Shown here: in pieces, positions 39,284 to 49,559 of the stretch | Numbering within the stretch: position 1 is the stretch's first letter | Layout of the letters: each line of letters opens with the position of its first letter | Virus record (IMG/VR): IMGVR_UViG_3300036715_001140 | Span: 64,001-128,000 of that record | Origin: a virus | Reading direction: 5' to 3' (one strand) | DNA length: 64,000 nt | Made by a program: the position numbers and the translations under genes | Notes under the pieces: generated by a model | Told to the model about the DNA's origin: nothing | Databases searched by the model: none | The model's input: only the letters and a program-made list of their open reading frames with translations

Positions 39284-40379
39284 TTATATCCTCCTTTACC
39301 GGATTTTCTAATTCAAATTTAAGTTTTTGAATTAGTCTCTTAAAATATGCCCATTTCATCTTAACAAACTTTGATACCAATTTTAAAAATAATGAATAGG
39401 ATGTTTGCTCCTGAAAGTCAGTATTATCCATGTTACTATTAGGAGCTATATATCCTTTATTCTTTAACCAGCTAGTAAAAGCTTCATCATATACACCACT
39501 CATTACTTTAAATGCTTTAATACGTCTTTCTGTAATACCATAACGTTTCAATAGCTGTTTCACTGTTAGCTTGTTTTCTATCTGTTCGTGTGTTTCTCCA
39601 TGGTCTGTAAAATATTTAGATTTATCTTCATTCTCCATACCATCAATAGATTTTTCTACTACGGTGTAAATCCCATTCTCTTCTACCATTCTTACTCGTT
39701 TTTTAGTAGTATGAAAATTGATCATATTTATGGTATGATTTTTTATAGGTTTTATTAAGGACATAACCCAATGTTGTATATTAGATTTCTTAAAAGGTGA
39801 TAGCCAATAAAACGTTTGAACCATCTTTGCTTTTATTTCACTTTTAACAGTTTCTATATCTAAAGATCCACTCTGAATTAAAAACTTTAATTTGGTCCAC
39901 ACTAGGTTATTAATTAAGGGTTTCAACTTAGTATCTGCACTTAAAATAATCTTAGTACATAATTCTTTTAAGTACATCAAACAAGGAAGTTTATTTTTAC
40001 CGCCAAGTTGAAAAGTGATAGCCTTAGTATGCTGATTAAGCTCTTTATCATAGAAAAATTTCTTAAGATAAACTTTATCTTTACCTAGTATTTCAAACTC
40101 TTCATACTTATCTTCTACATTCCAAGTTTTAAATCTTTTAAAAGAACAAGCATGAAGGATAAACATTTTTACATTAAGCAGAAAGTATCCATTCTCTATC
40201 AGCTTAAGTCTAAATACTTTTACAGATTTACTAGTAATTACTTTTTTGATTCGTTTGTGGAACACACTAGCGCTTATAGTTTTAGTTAAATACTTTAGGC
40301 TACACTCATATAGGTATAAAAATATTGGATTATCATATTCTACATCATAATAATCATGAATGTATTTCGCTAGTGACAT
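39252..40379 (-). CDS. hypothetical protein, possible divergent sigma-factor-like regulator
   Basis: LDIETVKSEI...IKNHTINMINFHTTKKR loosely resembles sigma-70 region 2; weak. Confidence 0.35.
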   Translation of the reverse strand: MSLAKYIHDYYDVEYDNPIFLYLYECSLKYLTKTISASVFHKRIKKVITSKSVKVFRLKLIENGYFLLNVKMFILHACSFKRFKTWNVEDKYEEFEILGKDKVYLKKFFYDKELNQHTKAITFQLGGKNKLPCLMYLKELCTKIILSADTKLKPLINNLVWTKLKFLIQSGSLDIETVKSEIKAKMVQTFYWLSPFKKSNIQHWVMSLIKPIKNHTINMINFHTTKKRVRMVEENGIYTVVEKSIDGMENEDKSKYFTDHGETHEQIENKLTVKQLLKRYGITERRIKAFKVMSGVYDEAFTSWLKNKGYIAPNSNMDNTDFQEQTSYSLFLKLVSKFVKMKWAYFKRLIQKLKFELENPVKEDINEYYLYYRTA

Positions 40380-41212
40380 TATCTATCCCCTTTCTTTTTC
40401 TTCTTAGAAAGGGTTGATAAAGTTAATTCAGTACGTTTCTCTACTTCACGTTGTAAAGATGAATTTAAACGTTTAGGACTCAATTTTGATTTTATTTCAA
40501 AATCAAGATCATCTACTACTCCACGTCCGATAATATCATCTATGGTTTCTACTACAGCGAGCTTTTGCTTTGCAGATGTTCTTCCCTCAAACATAGGATC
40601 TACAATTAAATTTTTCTCTTTTAAAACACGTCTGAGCTGTATAAAATCACTAAGTTTAAGTACAGACTCTTTTAATGCAAACATTCTAACGCCTGTTTTA
40701 CCTATAATAAAAACGCCTGTATCTGTTGCACTAAAAACATGACCAATAATATAGTTTGAAACATACTGGTCTGACGCTGTTCCAAAATACTTTACTGCAA
40801 CTTTTTCCATGAAATGAAAACCACGTTTTCTCAAGTTTCTTTCTTGTGATATTATTTCATAGAATAATGGTAATACTGTTAATGGCATAGCCCTTAATGT
40901 ATCAGCCAGAGGTTGTAATACTTTTTCAAAATCTTGAAGGATAAAAGGATTTACTGAGTACTGCGTACATGCTGGAGTTGTATCTATACTGCCTAAGTTA
41001 TTACATGTTGTCTTTTTACCTTTGGGTATAATCCAAGAGTAGTGTTGACAAGTTCCACAGTACTTCTTACATTTTAAGTGTTTAGACCCCATTAATTTTT
41101 TACCCCCAATAAAGTTATAGTACCCGAAGGCAATGTTTAAACCGGTATTTCTTTTACAACTTATAGGTAAGCTTAGACCATATTGGTATGATATATAGTG
41201 TATTTTATACAC
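40379..41212 (-). CDS. hypothetical protein with Cys cluster (CGTCQHY)
   Basis: ORF track; true start probably MGSKHL. Confidence 0.55.
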   Translation of the reverse strand: MYKIHYISYQYGLSLPISCKRNTGLNIAFGYYNFIGGKKLMGSKHLKCKKYCGTCQHYSWIIPKGKKTTCNNLGSIDTTPACTQYSVNPFILQDFEKVLQPLADTLRAMPLTVLPLFYEIISQERNLRKRGFHFMEKVAVKYFGTASDQYVSNYIIGHVFSATDTGVFIIGKTGVRMFALKESVLKLSDFIQLRRVLKEKNLIVDPMFEGRTSAKQKLAVVETIDDIIGRGVVDDLDFEIKSKLSPKRLNSSLQREVEKRTELTLSTLSKKKKKGDR

Positions 41213-41595
41213 TGAATAACAACTTCTGGTAAATTTCTTGCATTAAGTTTATTCTTCATTAGTTTTAATGCTTGATGCAACTCTGGAGTAACTGATATTG
41301 TTATTCTTCCAGTCTTATCTCCTGAAAAATTAATAATCTCATTTAAACCATGTAGAATAATCATTGTAGCATTCATAACTTCTTGTGAGTGTCTTGATGT
41401 TTTCCACGTAGCTGATGATGAACCTCCCTTTCCTTTTCTGTAAAGAGATAATAACCTATTTATCTCTTTGTGAATAGCGTTGTGACAATTGGAACACAAA
41501 ATTACAGTTTGTCCATGTTTACCTCCTGCGGCTTGTGGTGTAACGTGATGCTCATGTTCTACGTCTGGCTGTTCATGGCAAACAAAACAGATCAT
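41173..41595 (-). CDS. HNH endonuclease with C-terminal RHH-like segment
   Basis: CFVC...EHHVTP...GG...LCSNCHNAIH; ITISVTPELHQALK tail. Confidence 0.8.
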   Translation of the reverse strand: MICFVCHEQPDVEHEHHVTPQAAGGKHGQTVILCSNCHNAIHKEINRLLSLYRKGKGGSSSATWKTSRHSQEVMNATMIILHGLNEIINFSGDKTGRITISVTPELHQALKLMKNKLNARNLPEVVIQCIKYTIYHTNMV

Positions 41596-41607
41596 TTCTG
41601 TTTTTCC

Positions 41608-43263
41608 TCATTTACTTGTAGATTTTAATTTTGAAAGTAGTGTAATATTTGGTTTATGTATTTTACTCCTTTCCTTTTCTTCTTTAATAACATTAGCCTC
41701 ATTCCAAACTTTCAAAATTATATCTTCATAATCTGAAAGTTTCTTCCTTCTTGCTTTCAAGAATTTTTTGCACTTATGCATTAATACTGGTTGTGTATAC
41801 TCTTTTTCTTTTAGTCTATGAACATAATTAACTAATTCTTCATGAAGTCTAAGGTTAGATTCAAAATTGAACATAGACCTTGAAATTCTTCTAGTAGGAA
41901 ATGACCAATCAAAGATATTGAATTTTATCTTACTAAAAGCAATCTCAGCATTCCATGCTCCTAACAGTTTGTCTTGCATTACCCAATAATAGGTTAAATG
42001 ACCATGTACAATACCTTTATCAGAAACAAGAACCAACTTATCATACTTATTTTCAATAGTAAGATTTATTTTATCCAAACATTTATTAGCCAGTTCTAAT
42101 ACCTTAGGCGTATAATCTGTGAGCTTACAATTCAACTCTTTTTTACCTTTAGCTTTATGTTCTGACACTTTTTCTTCCATATCAGCAAGATCTGAGTATA
42201 CTTGAGCTAAATCAATTTTCTTTTTTTCAATTTTCAATTTTAATATCTTTATTTGTTTGGTAAGATACGTAGTCCTTAGCTCTCTTGCACTTAAAGCTTT
42301 TTCTAAGTCTGGACCGTAAGCATTAGGTGGGATGTCTTCGTAGTCTTTTATCTCTGCTTCATAATCAGCTATAAGTTCTTCCATGTCCTTTATTGGCTGC
42401 AATTTATTTCGTAACCAATATAACTTTTCATTGTAGTCTCTGGCTACAGATTTATAATTATCAACTTTTATCATCTCATCTTGAATCTTATCTGTATTTA
42501 TGGCTAACAGAATTTGATCTTCAAAAATAGAACAGCCACCAACATAATTAACCGTTATTCCTAAAACTTTTAGTCTATTCACTCTAAGTAGTGTATCAAC
42601 TTTGGTTGTTGGTATAACTGGACCTTTAACCAACATCGCTAATTTATTAGATATCCTAGGCAACTTATCTATCTGCTTCTTGTACTGATCTAGTGCTATC
42701 TCTAATTCACCGAAAAATTCTTGTTCCCAATTTTTTATTGATTTCTCTTTCTTTATTCGGTGGGCCTCAGTTTCTTCCCAATCTCTTTCCACTGGTGATA
42801 ATGATCTTATTTCATCTTCAATTTGGAAACCTACTCTTACTTTTCCTGTTTCATCTAAGATAGAGTCTTGAAGACGATCTTGAGCTTCTTTAGAAACATT
42901 ATCATAACCAGGTCTAATAGTTATTACTGGTTTAGTATAATTTTCTTCTACACTCGGTAGATCTAATTCCACTATTTTAGTACACAAAGTTTGTGATTTA
43001 TCTACGATCTTAGCTATACATGCTCTTGCTTGTTTCTTAGTTAGAATCTTTTCTTTTCTTCCTTCTATTATACCTGATAAAGTTAATACTAAATGTTGCA
43101 TCATTTCTTTAAGAGGTTTTTGTTTTTTAAGAGTCATCAAAGGTATAACTGAATTAAGCTCCTTTACAGTATTCTTTGCTACCACTGGTATCCATTCTAC
43201 CTCAAGTTTCTCCATTGCCTTCAGTTGTCCACAAAGACTAAGCAAAATTCTCTTGTTTACCAT
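41608..43263 (-). CDS. coiled-coil hypothetical protein, paralog of 43410..44645
   Basis: shared blocks GG..FEDQ.LL.IN, YYWVM, AWN, W.FP. Confidence 0.7.
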   Translation of the reverse strand: MVNKRILLSLCGQLKAMEKLEVEWIPVVAKNTVKELNSVIPLMTLKKQKPLKEMMQHLVLTLSGIIEGRKEKILTKKQARACIAKIVDKSQTLCTKIVELDLPSVEENYTKPVITIRPGYDNVSKEAQDRLQDSILDETGKVRVGFQIEDEIRSLSPVERDWEETEAHRIKKEKSIKNWEQEFFGELEIALDQYKKQIDKLPRISNKLAMLVKGPVIPTTKVDTLLRVNRLKVLGITVNYVGGCSIFEDQILLAINTDKIQDEMIKVDNYKSVARDYNEKLYWLRNKLQPIKDMEELIADYEAEIKDYEDIPPNAYGPDLEKALSARELRTTYLTKQIKILKLKIEKKKIDLAQVYSDLADMEEKVSEHKAKGKKELNCKLTDYTPKVLELANKCLDKINLTIENKYDKLVLVSDKGIVHGHLTYYWVMQDKLLGAWNAEIAFSKIKFNIFDWSFPTRRISRSMFNFESNLRLHEELVNYVHRLKEKEYTQPVLMHKCKKFLKARRKKLSDYEDIILKVWNEANVIKEEKERSKIHKPNITLLSKLKSTSK

Positions 43264-43301
43264 GAATAACTCCTTTCAATTTCGATACAACTCTTTGCTT
43301 A

Positions 43302-43330
43302 ATTATACAATATATCTAATATTATGTCAA
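43302..43330 (-). promoter_or_regulatory. consensus sigma-70 promoter
   Basis: TTGACA-17 bp-TATAAT with TG extension, upstream of 43263. Confidence 0.85.
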
Positions 43331-43409
43331 ATATATTATTTTTATATGTTATTTCAAATAGTTAGCCTATCAATTTATCTTTAAGACTGTTTGTTTTACT
43401 TGAAGGGAC

Positions 43410-44645
43410 TTAAGATTTTCTGCGTTCTTTAAGAACTTCATCTGCTTCTGCCCAAACTTTTTCAAAAACTTCTTCATAATACTTATCCATTTCTTTATGC
43501 TGTTTAACCAGAAACACTTTCATTTTCTTGTATGCTGTATCCTTATTAGAACCAAGTCTAAATAACTTTAAAATTTCTTCTACATATTCATCTGAAGATT
43601 TAACTTCTCTTTCAATTTTATCTTTTACTTTTGTCCAACGATGTTGTGGAAAATCCCATCCTAAGAATTTCATATCCACTCCACCTGTCAACTTATTCCA
43701 AGCATAGAATACTCTACGTTTCATTACCCAATAATATACAATGTCGCCATGATATACACCTGTTGGACGCAATTCTTTATTTGTAATTCCTTTTATCTTA
43801 ACTTGAATCAAATTAAACTTATGAGCCTCAGGAAATATTATCTGATCAGGTTCTTCTAAATTCTTATTTATTTCTTGAATACTATCTAATAACCGTTCAA
43901 ATAATAAGTCATCAAAATCTTTATTCTTTCCTTTTACAATATCTTTATTAATAGCTTTATACTCTTTATATTCATCTTGAAGAGCATCCTTTTTATCAAG
44001 GATGTTTTTATATTTAACTTTGTATTCATCTATTTGCTTCTTTAATTCTAGTTCTTTATTTTTCAAACTTTTTAATCTCAATTCTCTTGCTTCCTTTGCA
44101 TCAGGACTATCTGCGGGATTATCTATTTCGTTAGAAAGATACGCTACTTCCTCTTCAAGTTCATTTAGCTGAGTTAAAGCATAAGATAATGGTTCAATCT
44201 TATCTTCATACTCTGCCAATTGTTCTAGATACTTTTTGCAAGTTAGTCTATACTTTTCTACTTCAGAAGTTTCTTTTGCAAAGGCTTTGAAATTGATTCC
44301 AAGTAATAATTGATCTTCAAAAACATGAAATCCTCCTGCAACTAACATCTTTATACCAGATGCTCGTATTTTGTCAGGATCTAGATTTAAAGTATTACCC
44401 ATTAATGGTAATATAGGCGCTTTCTGAATAATAAAAGAACCTAAAATACTTGTTTTTAAGGATGACACTTGTTTAGTATACTTATGCAAAAATGAGTCTA
44501 AACCATCGTAAAATTCATTTTCCCATTTTTGTAATGCATCTGTTCGCTTCAAGTAATTTATCATGTCCGAATCATAATCAGATGGAATCTCATAATTACC
44601 ATGTCTACTGCTTAGCTTTTGATCTATCTTAACTTGAATTCCCAT
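43410..44645 (-). CDS. coiled-coil hypothetical protein, paralog of 41608..43263
   Basis: shared blocks with neighbour; start set to ATG 44645 behind AAGGAG. Confidence 0.7.
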   Translation of the reverse strand: MGIQVKIDQKLSSRHGNYEIPSDYDSDMINYLKRTDALQKWENEFYDGLDSFLHKYTKQVSSLKTSILGSFIIQKAPILPLMGNTLNLDPDKIRASGIKMLVAGGFHVFEDQLLLGINFKAFAKETSEVEKYRLTCKKYLEQLAEYEDKIEPLSYALTQLNELEEEVAYLSNEIDNPADSPDAKEARELRLKSLKNKELELKKQIDEYKVKYKNILDKKDALQDEYKEYKAINKDIVKGKNKDFDDLLFERLLDSIQEINKNLEEPDQIIFPEAHKFNLIQVKIKGITNKELRPTGVYHGDIVYYWVMKRRVFYAWNKLTGGVDMKFLGWDFPQHRWTKVKDKIEREVKSSDEYVEEILKLFRLGSNKDTAYKKMKVFLVKQHKEMDKYYEEVFEKVWAEADEVLKERRKS

Positions 44646-44740
44646 TTTGTTCTCCTTTGGAAGAAGTTTCTGAATTTTTAACCATTTCAACTAATCTATT
44701 CCAGAGTTCTTTATGCTTTTCTTTCTTGCTAATATTTCTA

Positions 44741-44821
44741 CTATTATTACCTGAGGTAAATGTTTTTACAACAGGTTTTCTATTATTACCTGAGGTAAAT
44801 GTTTTTACAACAGGTTTTCTA
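44741..44821. repeat. perfect 39-bp tandem duplication
   Basis: CTATTATTACCTGAGGTAAATGTTTTTACAACAGGTTTT twice; encodes RKPVVKTFTSGNN twice in ORF 44629..44832. Confidence 0.95.
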
Positions 44822-44833
44822 ATATTATGCATA

Positions 44834-46273
44834 TTATTTTAAACCTCGCAAAATTCGGACCTCTGGTTGAGTTAGATCCTTTTCGAGAAAAGAAATGTCC
44901 TCTTTAACTTTCTCTATTTCTTTTAAAAGTTTTTCACGACTAAGTTTTGTTAATTGCTTAAATTTAAGGTCTAATAGGTAGTTAGCTTGATCTTCTGTAA
45001 GTGGTTGTTTATTCAGCTTTAACTTACGCAACAAAGTTATTGGATCTTTAACATCCATAGTTTGCTTCATAGTATCAAGGTTTTTAGCTGCTAATTGAAG
45101 TAAATTTAACTTCTCAAGCTCTTTAGTCCTTACCTTAATTAAATTATTAATAACCTTAAGTTCAAATTCAATTCTCCATGCTACCCATCGGTTAATAATT
45201 TCTGGTATATTACTATAGCTAAAAACAACTGTTTCATCAGAGTTGCGTTCAGTTATGGCTGTCTGCAAAGATAACTTAGTTGTTGATTTTGTTTTTACCA
45301 ATGATAATAATTCTTTAACTTGTTTATCATCTAATCTTTTCTTATAATAGATACAAATCTTCCAACCTTCTTTATCTGATTCATCTTGTACTTTTTCTAC
45401 ATTAGGAATTTTTGAATAAACTTCCATTCTACTTTCTAAAGAGTTTGCAACGATAAAGCGTGGTGCCAAAGAAGTTATTACAATTCTATTTGGTTCTAGT
45501 TTAAAAGTAGGTTGAAATAGTATTGTTCCTTTTCCAGTGTCATAATATTCTTTAAGATCATCTTTAGAGCTTACACATATACCACCATTACTAAAATTAA
45601 ACTCTAAATATTTTAAACACATTGAAGTAGTACAAGGTTTACCGTTAAGAGCTTTCTTAACCAATATAATGATACTATCTTTTGTATAAGATGGTATAAG
45701 ACCTGAAGCACCAGTACCGATACCTTCACTACCATTTATCAGTAGATTTGGTAGTTTAGCCGGTAGAATTACAGGTACTTTTTTATCACCAGAAAAGTTA
45801 TCAATGTAGTCACATACTGCCAAGTAGTCTTTATCTAACAAGTAATTTTCAGCGTATTTAGAAAGACGACACTCAGTATAACGATATGCTCCTGCGGAGT
45901 CGGTAGGCGAACCCCAATTACCACGCCCATCAATAAGTTTTTCAGGTAGATTAGCCATTGTAACCATTGAAGAATATACACCGGCGTCACTGTGTGGATG
46001 ATAATTACCTATGCAAGTTCCAACTACTTTAGCAGCTTTCTGATGCCTTCCATCTGATCTGAAATTCTCTACATTGAAAGTCCACAAAACCATCCTATGG
46101 ACTGGTTTTAATCCATCTCTAAAATCTGGTATTGCTCGTTGTTCCAAAGTATATGAACCATATACCTTTAAGTTATGCGTAGCTGTTTCTACTAAGGATA
46201 CTTCACGAATATTTTCTTTAACAATAGGCTTGAACTTTTCAGCTCTTGATAATTTCTTTGTAGTTTTTTTCAT
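44834..46273 (-). CDS. type IIA DNA topoisomerase subunit A (GyrA/ParC-like, no C-terminal pinwheel)
   Basis: RAIPDFRDGLKPVHR, YHPHSD, GNWGS, YRYTE catalytic Tyr, LPNLLING. Confidence 0.93.
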   Translation of the reverse strand: MKKTTKKLSRAEKFKPIVKENIREVSLVETATHNLKVYGSYTLEQRAIPDFRDGLKPVHRMVLWTFNVENFRSDGRHQKAAKVVGTCIGNYHPHSDAGVYSSMVTMANLPEKLIDGRGNWGSPTDSAGAYRYTECRLSKYAENYLLDKDYLAVCDYIDNFSGDKKVPVILPAKLPNLLINGSEGIGTGASGLIPSYTKDSIIILVKKALNGKPCTTSMCLKYLEFNFSNGGICVSSKDDLKEYYDTGKGTILFQPTFKLEPNRIVITSLAPRFIVANSLESRMEVYSKIPNVEKVQDESDKEGWKICIYYKKRLDDKQVKELLSLVKTKSTTKLSLQTAITERNSDETVVFSYSNIPEIINRWVAWRIEFELKVINNLIKVRTKELEKLNLLQLAAKNLDTMKQTMDVKDPITLLRKLKLNKQPLTEDQANYLLDLKFKQLTKLSREKLLKEIEKVKEDISFLEKDLTQPEVRILRGLK

Positions 46274-46356
46274 TATTATATATCCTTTTTTCTTTAGCCT
46301 GTAACTTCACTAATATCAATACGTTCTTTAGTCATTGTCATATTTTCCTTAAATTT

Positions 46357-48249
46357 TTATTCAGCTACTCCAAGTATTTGTTTTCTTGTAGTAACATCGT
46401 TACCAACTATATCTAAGAATTTTACTCCATCTTTAGTAGATACTGGTCTAACCTTTAAGAGTTTTCGTGTTTCTTTATTAAAAGCTATCTCTTCGAGTTC
46501 ATCAGGTTCAGCTTCTGCCCAACCTTTCAATCGTGTTATTACTGCACCTTTAGGAGCTTTCTTCTGAATCTCTTTTAAGGTATAACCAAATATTTTTTTA
46601 TTTTTAGATGAAGCAACAAATAGTGGTGAGTCTACTATATATACCATATCAAGTTCAAAGACTTGTGGAACTAACATATACAAAGATGTAAGCCAAAGAT
46701 TAAGAATGTGATAACCATCAGGATCAGGGTCAACTAATGCAATTACTCTACCTACGCTAAAATTTGGAGTTACACCTGTTTTAAATGATTTTGGATCAAC
46801 TCCTATTCCTGACAAAACCGTTTGTATTACTTTACTAGATAATGCTGATGCTTTACTCTTTTTAGCAATATTAGGAATTGCCTTACCTTTCATCTTAAAA
46901 ATCATTTGATAGTATTTATCTCTTGCTGCTTTTGAAGTTCCAGCCGCAGAGTCTCCTTCTACAAAGAATATCTCACGATCTGAAGCTGGACACTTACTAT
47001 CACAAGTTGTTAAGATACCAGGTAGTACTGCTCCTCTAGCATTATCTTTTATAGCAGAAGCAGCTTTCATTATCTTTTTAGATTGCTCTTTTGCTTGACG
47101 TATTGCTAAGGCTCTTACAATAAGTTCTTTAATCATAGACTTATTCTTTGACAGCCATGTTTTAAGTGCAGCCTCTAATTCTACTTCAAACTCTTTAGGA
47201 ATAGGAGACTTCAATTCATCTTTAGTTTGACCTTTGTACTGAGCCTCCGCAATCTTAACATTTACAAAACCTATTAAACCTGCTTTAAGGTCACTCTCTT
47301 TCATTTGTTTTTTCTTATTACTAACTAATGAATTGAAAGCTTTTACTAAAGTTTTATAGAAACTTGAAATGTGTGTACCACCTTCAGGGTTATGTACACC
47401 ATTAGTAAATCCTTCAAAAAGGGCTTCATCAGTAGATGACCACTGAGCAATTACTGAACCGTACTTTGATTTTATCTGAAAAGGCTTTTTACCCAATACT
47501 TCTAATTTATTTTCTTCTATCTTTGTTTTTAAGTAATCAAGAGCTCCATCTGGTTTAAAATACTCTACAGTTTTTAGTCCTTTCTTAGTCTCATACTCAA
47601 AGTGAATTTTTACTGGACTATCAATCATTGAAGTAATATTTAACCAATTCTTAATATCATCAAGATTGATTGAATCCAATTTAACTTGTTCAATAGTGTT
47701 ATCAAAAGTAAATCGAATAATGGTACCACAATTATTCTTTGCAAACTCTGCATCTGGCTTCTTTTTTATAACTTCAGTAACAGGTTTACCTTTTTGAAAT
47801 TTTTGATAATACCATTGTTCTCTATAGGTCCAAACTTCAAAAACAGATGAAATAGCATTAGTTGCAGCAATACCCGTACCATGTGTACCTCTCCCAGCTG
47901 TATACGAATTATCATCAAATTTTCCACCAGCTTGAATCATAGTTAATACAGCTGTTAAGGTTGATATCTTAGCTTTCTTATGAATACCTACTGGTATACC
48001 ACGTCCTCTATCTGCTACGGTAAAAGTATGTTCTTTCTTTGTTTTATCTTTAGTATACTTTATATAAATATTCCATTTTTTACTACCCTGCTTTGTCTCT
48101 CCAAATTCATCAATGGCGTTATCAACACCTTCTTTTAAACCATGCTGCATAGGATTAGATCCTAAATACATGGTTGGTCTTGCCCTTACTTTATCCACAT
48201 CAGCTAAATGTACCTTAATACTATCTTCTGTATACTTTTTTGATGACAT
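46357..48249 (-). CDS. type IIA DNA topoisomerase subunit B (GyrB/ParE-like)
   Basis: EGVDNAIDE, DRGRGIP, AGGKF, VEGDSAAG, DPDPDGYHI, TRLKG. Confidence 0.95.
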   Translation of the reverse strand: MSSKKYTEDSIKVHLADVDKVRARPTMYLGSNPMQHGLKEGVDNAIDEFGETKQGSKKWNIYIKYTKDKTKKEHTFTVADRGRGIPVGIHKKAKISTLTAVLTMIQAGGKFDDNSYTAGRGTHGTGIAATNAISSVFEVWTYREQWYYQKFQKGKPVTEVIKKKPDAEFAKNNCGTIIRFTFDNTIEQVKLDSINLDDIKNWLNITSMIDSPVKIHFEYETKKGLKTVEYFKPDGALDYLKTKIEENKLEVLGKKPFQIKSKYGSVIAQWSSTDEALFEGFTNGVHNPEGGTHISSFYKTLVKAFNSLVSNKKKQMKESDLKAGLIGFVNVKIAEAQYKGQTKDELKSPIPKEFEVELEAALKTWLSKNKSMIKELIVRALAIRQAKEQSKKIMKAASAIKDNARGAVLPGILTTCDSKCPASDREIFFVEGDSAAGTSKAARDKYYQMIFKMKGKAIPNIAKKSKASALSSKVIQTVLSGIGVDPKSFKTGVTPNFSVGRVIALVDPDPDGYHILNLWLTSLYMLVPQVFELDMVYIVDSPLFVASSKNKKIFGYTLKEIQKKAPKGAVITRLKGWAEAEPDELEEIAFNKETRKLLKVRPVSTKDGVKFLDIVGNDVTTRKQILGVAE

Positions 48250-48260
48250 CTAATTCTCCT

Positions 48261-48821
48261 TTAATCTAAGTTTTTAACCGTTATCTTTGTATTCAGTTTC
48301 AAATCTTTTGAACGTTTATTTATTCTGGCTTTATATATTAATGTATCTCTTACTTGCATTAAGATTCTTCCTAGCCAATTCTCACCTTTACCTCCACATG
48401 TTCCCCATATTACATCTCCCCAAGTATTGCCTTCAATTAAGATAGCATTATCCGTCTTTATTAACTTTGATCTCAGTTGTTTGTGCTTTGAAAACTTTTG
48501 ATACACTAGATCATACATAATTTGATATTTAACTTCATCCCAATCAGATCTTAATTCAATTCTTCTTCCCAACTTTTTGGCATCATTTGGATCAGATAGT
48601 TTAGAAAAATGTCTTAAATTTTCTTCAGTCCTGTTTTTAAGTTTCAATGCTTGAAATGCATGTTCTACTGTTGGAAAGGAAATGTCATCTACAACTACTA
48701 CTGAAGGATAAAAGTTTGAAAGGAAGTTATACTCATCATGAAAATCATTTATAATTTGTCTAGACACTTTAAATCCTTTCTTAATATTATTAACATTATT
48801 AGATATCATCTCGTGGATCAA
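48261..48821 (-). CDS. NADAR-family (YbiA-like) N-glycosidase
   Basis: FLSNFY, TVEHAFQALK, AKKLGR, WDEVK, LIEGNTWGDVIWG, GENWLGRILM; start may be GTG 48767. Confidence 0.92.
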   Translation of the reverse strand: MIHEMISNNVNNIKKGFKVSRQIINDFHDEYNFLSNFYPSVVVVDDISFPTVEHAFQALKLKNRTEENLRHFSKLSDPNDAKKLGRRIELRSDWDEVKYQIMYDLVYQKFSKHKQLRSKLIKTDNAILIEGNTWGDVIWGTCGGKGENWLGRILMQVRDTLIYKARINKRSKDLKLNTKITVKNLD

Positions 48822-49086
48822 AACAATTTCTACATTCTACTGGTAGATTAGCTTTAAAGTTTTTAACAATTTTCTTTATCTGATAATTGTAATCGTCTAA
48901 GTCTCTTTTAGACATATACTTTCCATCTCTTTTTATACGAAAAGAGAATCCATCTTCAGTTTTAGAGATAATTAGTTTTCTATTATCAGACATCACAAAA
49001 ACTAACTTACCGTTATTTGTGACTTTAACTGTTTTAAACTTTCGGTTAGATAAATACTCTTGTACTATTTTTAAATCTAACATCAA
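48799..49086 (-). CDS. hypothetical protein
   Basis: ORF track. Confidence 0.55.
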   Translation of the reverse strand: MMLDLKIVQEYLSNRKFKTVKVTNNGKLVFVMSDNRKLIISKTEDGFSFRIKRDGKYMSKRDLDDYNYQIKKIVKNFKANLPVECRNCFDPRDDI

Positions 49087-49559
49087 AACTCCAATTGGTC
49101 TAAAAGATTAAGACCATCTCTTTTCTGAAAATCCCAACACCTTTGAAGTTCATCCTTTAAAGGAAATCCAGTAGGAAATAAAAAAGCCAAGTCTTTAAGT
49201 GTAAAAAGATCTTCATTAGTAATAGTCCCTTTTATGTAATATAAGTACATGATCAATGTACCTATATTATTAGATAAGATAATAAGGAACAATATAACGT
49301 ATGGTGAAAGATTCAGTTTTATATTTTTACTTATAGTGTAGATAGATAAAAACTCTTTTATCTCTATTTTCATCTTTTCTACTACGTCTTCAAGAAAGTC
49401 ATGATCTTTTTCTTCTAGTATAGAGCATTGGATAAATGTAATAGAAAGATCATCTGATAGTTTTCCAACTTTTAAATCCTTAAATTCTTGGAGCCATATT
49501 CTAAAATGAGTCTGTTTATCCAATACTTGTGATAACTCATGGTTCATCTGTATCTCCAA
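49083..49559 (-). CDS. hypothetical protein
   Basis: ORF track. Confidence 0.55.
   Translation of the reverse strand: MEIQMNHELSQVLDKQTHFRIWLQEFKDLKVGKLSDDLSITFIQCSILEEKDHDFLEDVVEKMKIEIKEFLSIYTISKNIKLNLSPYVILFLIILSNNIGTLIMYLYYIKGTITNEDLFTLKDLAFLFPTGFPLKDELQRCWDFQKRDGLNLLDQLEF

Noticed and set aside
44834-48249. Calling the type IIA pair a true gyrase (gyrA/gyrB)
   Set aside because: Subunit A is 479 aa with no C-terminal pinwheel or GyrA box, so supercoiling activity is unsupported.
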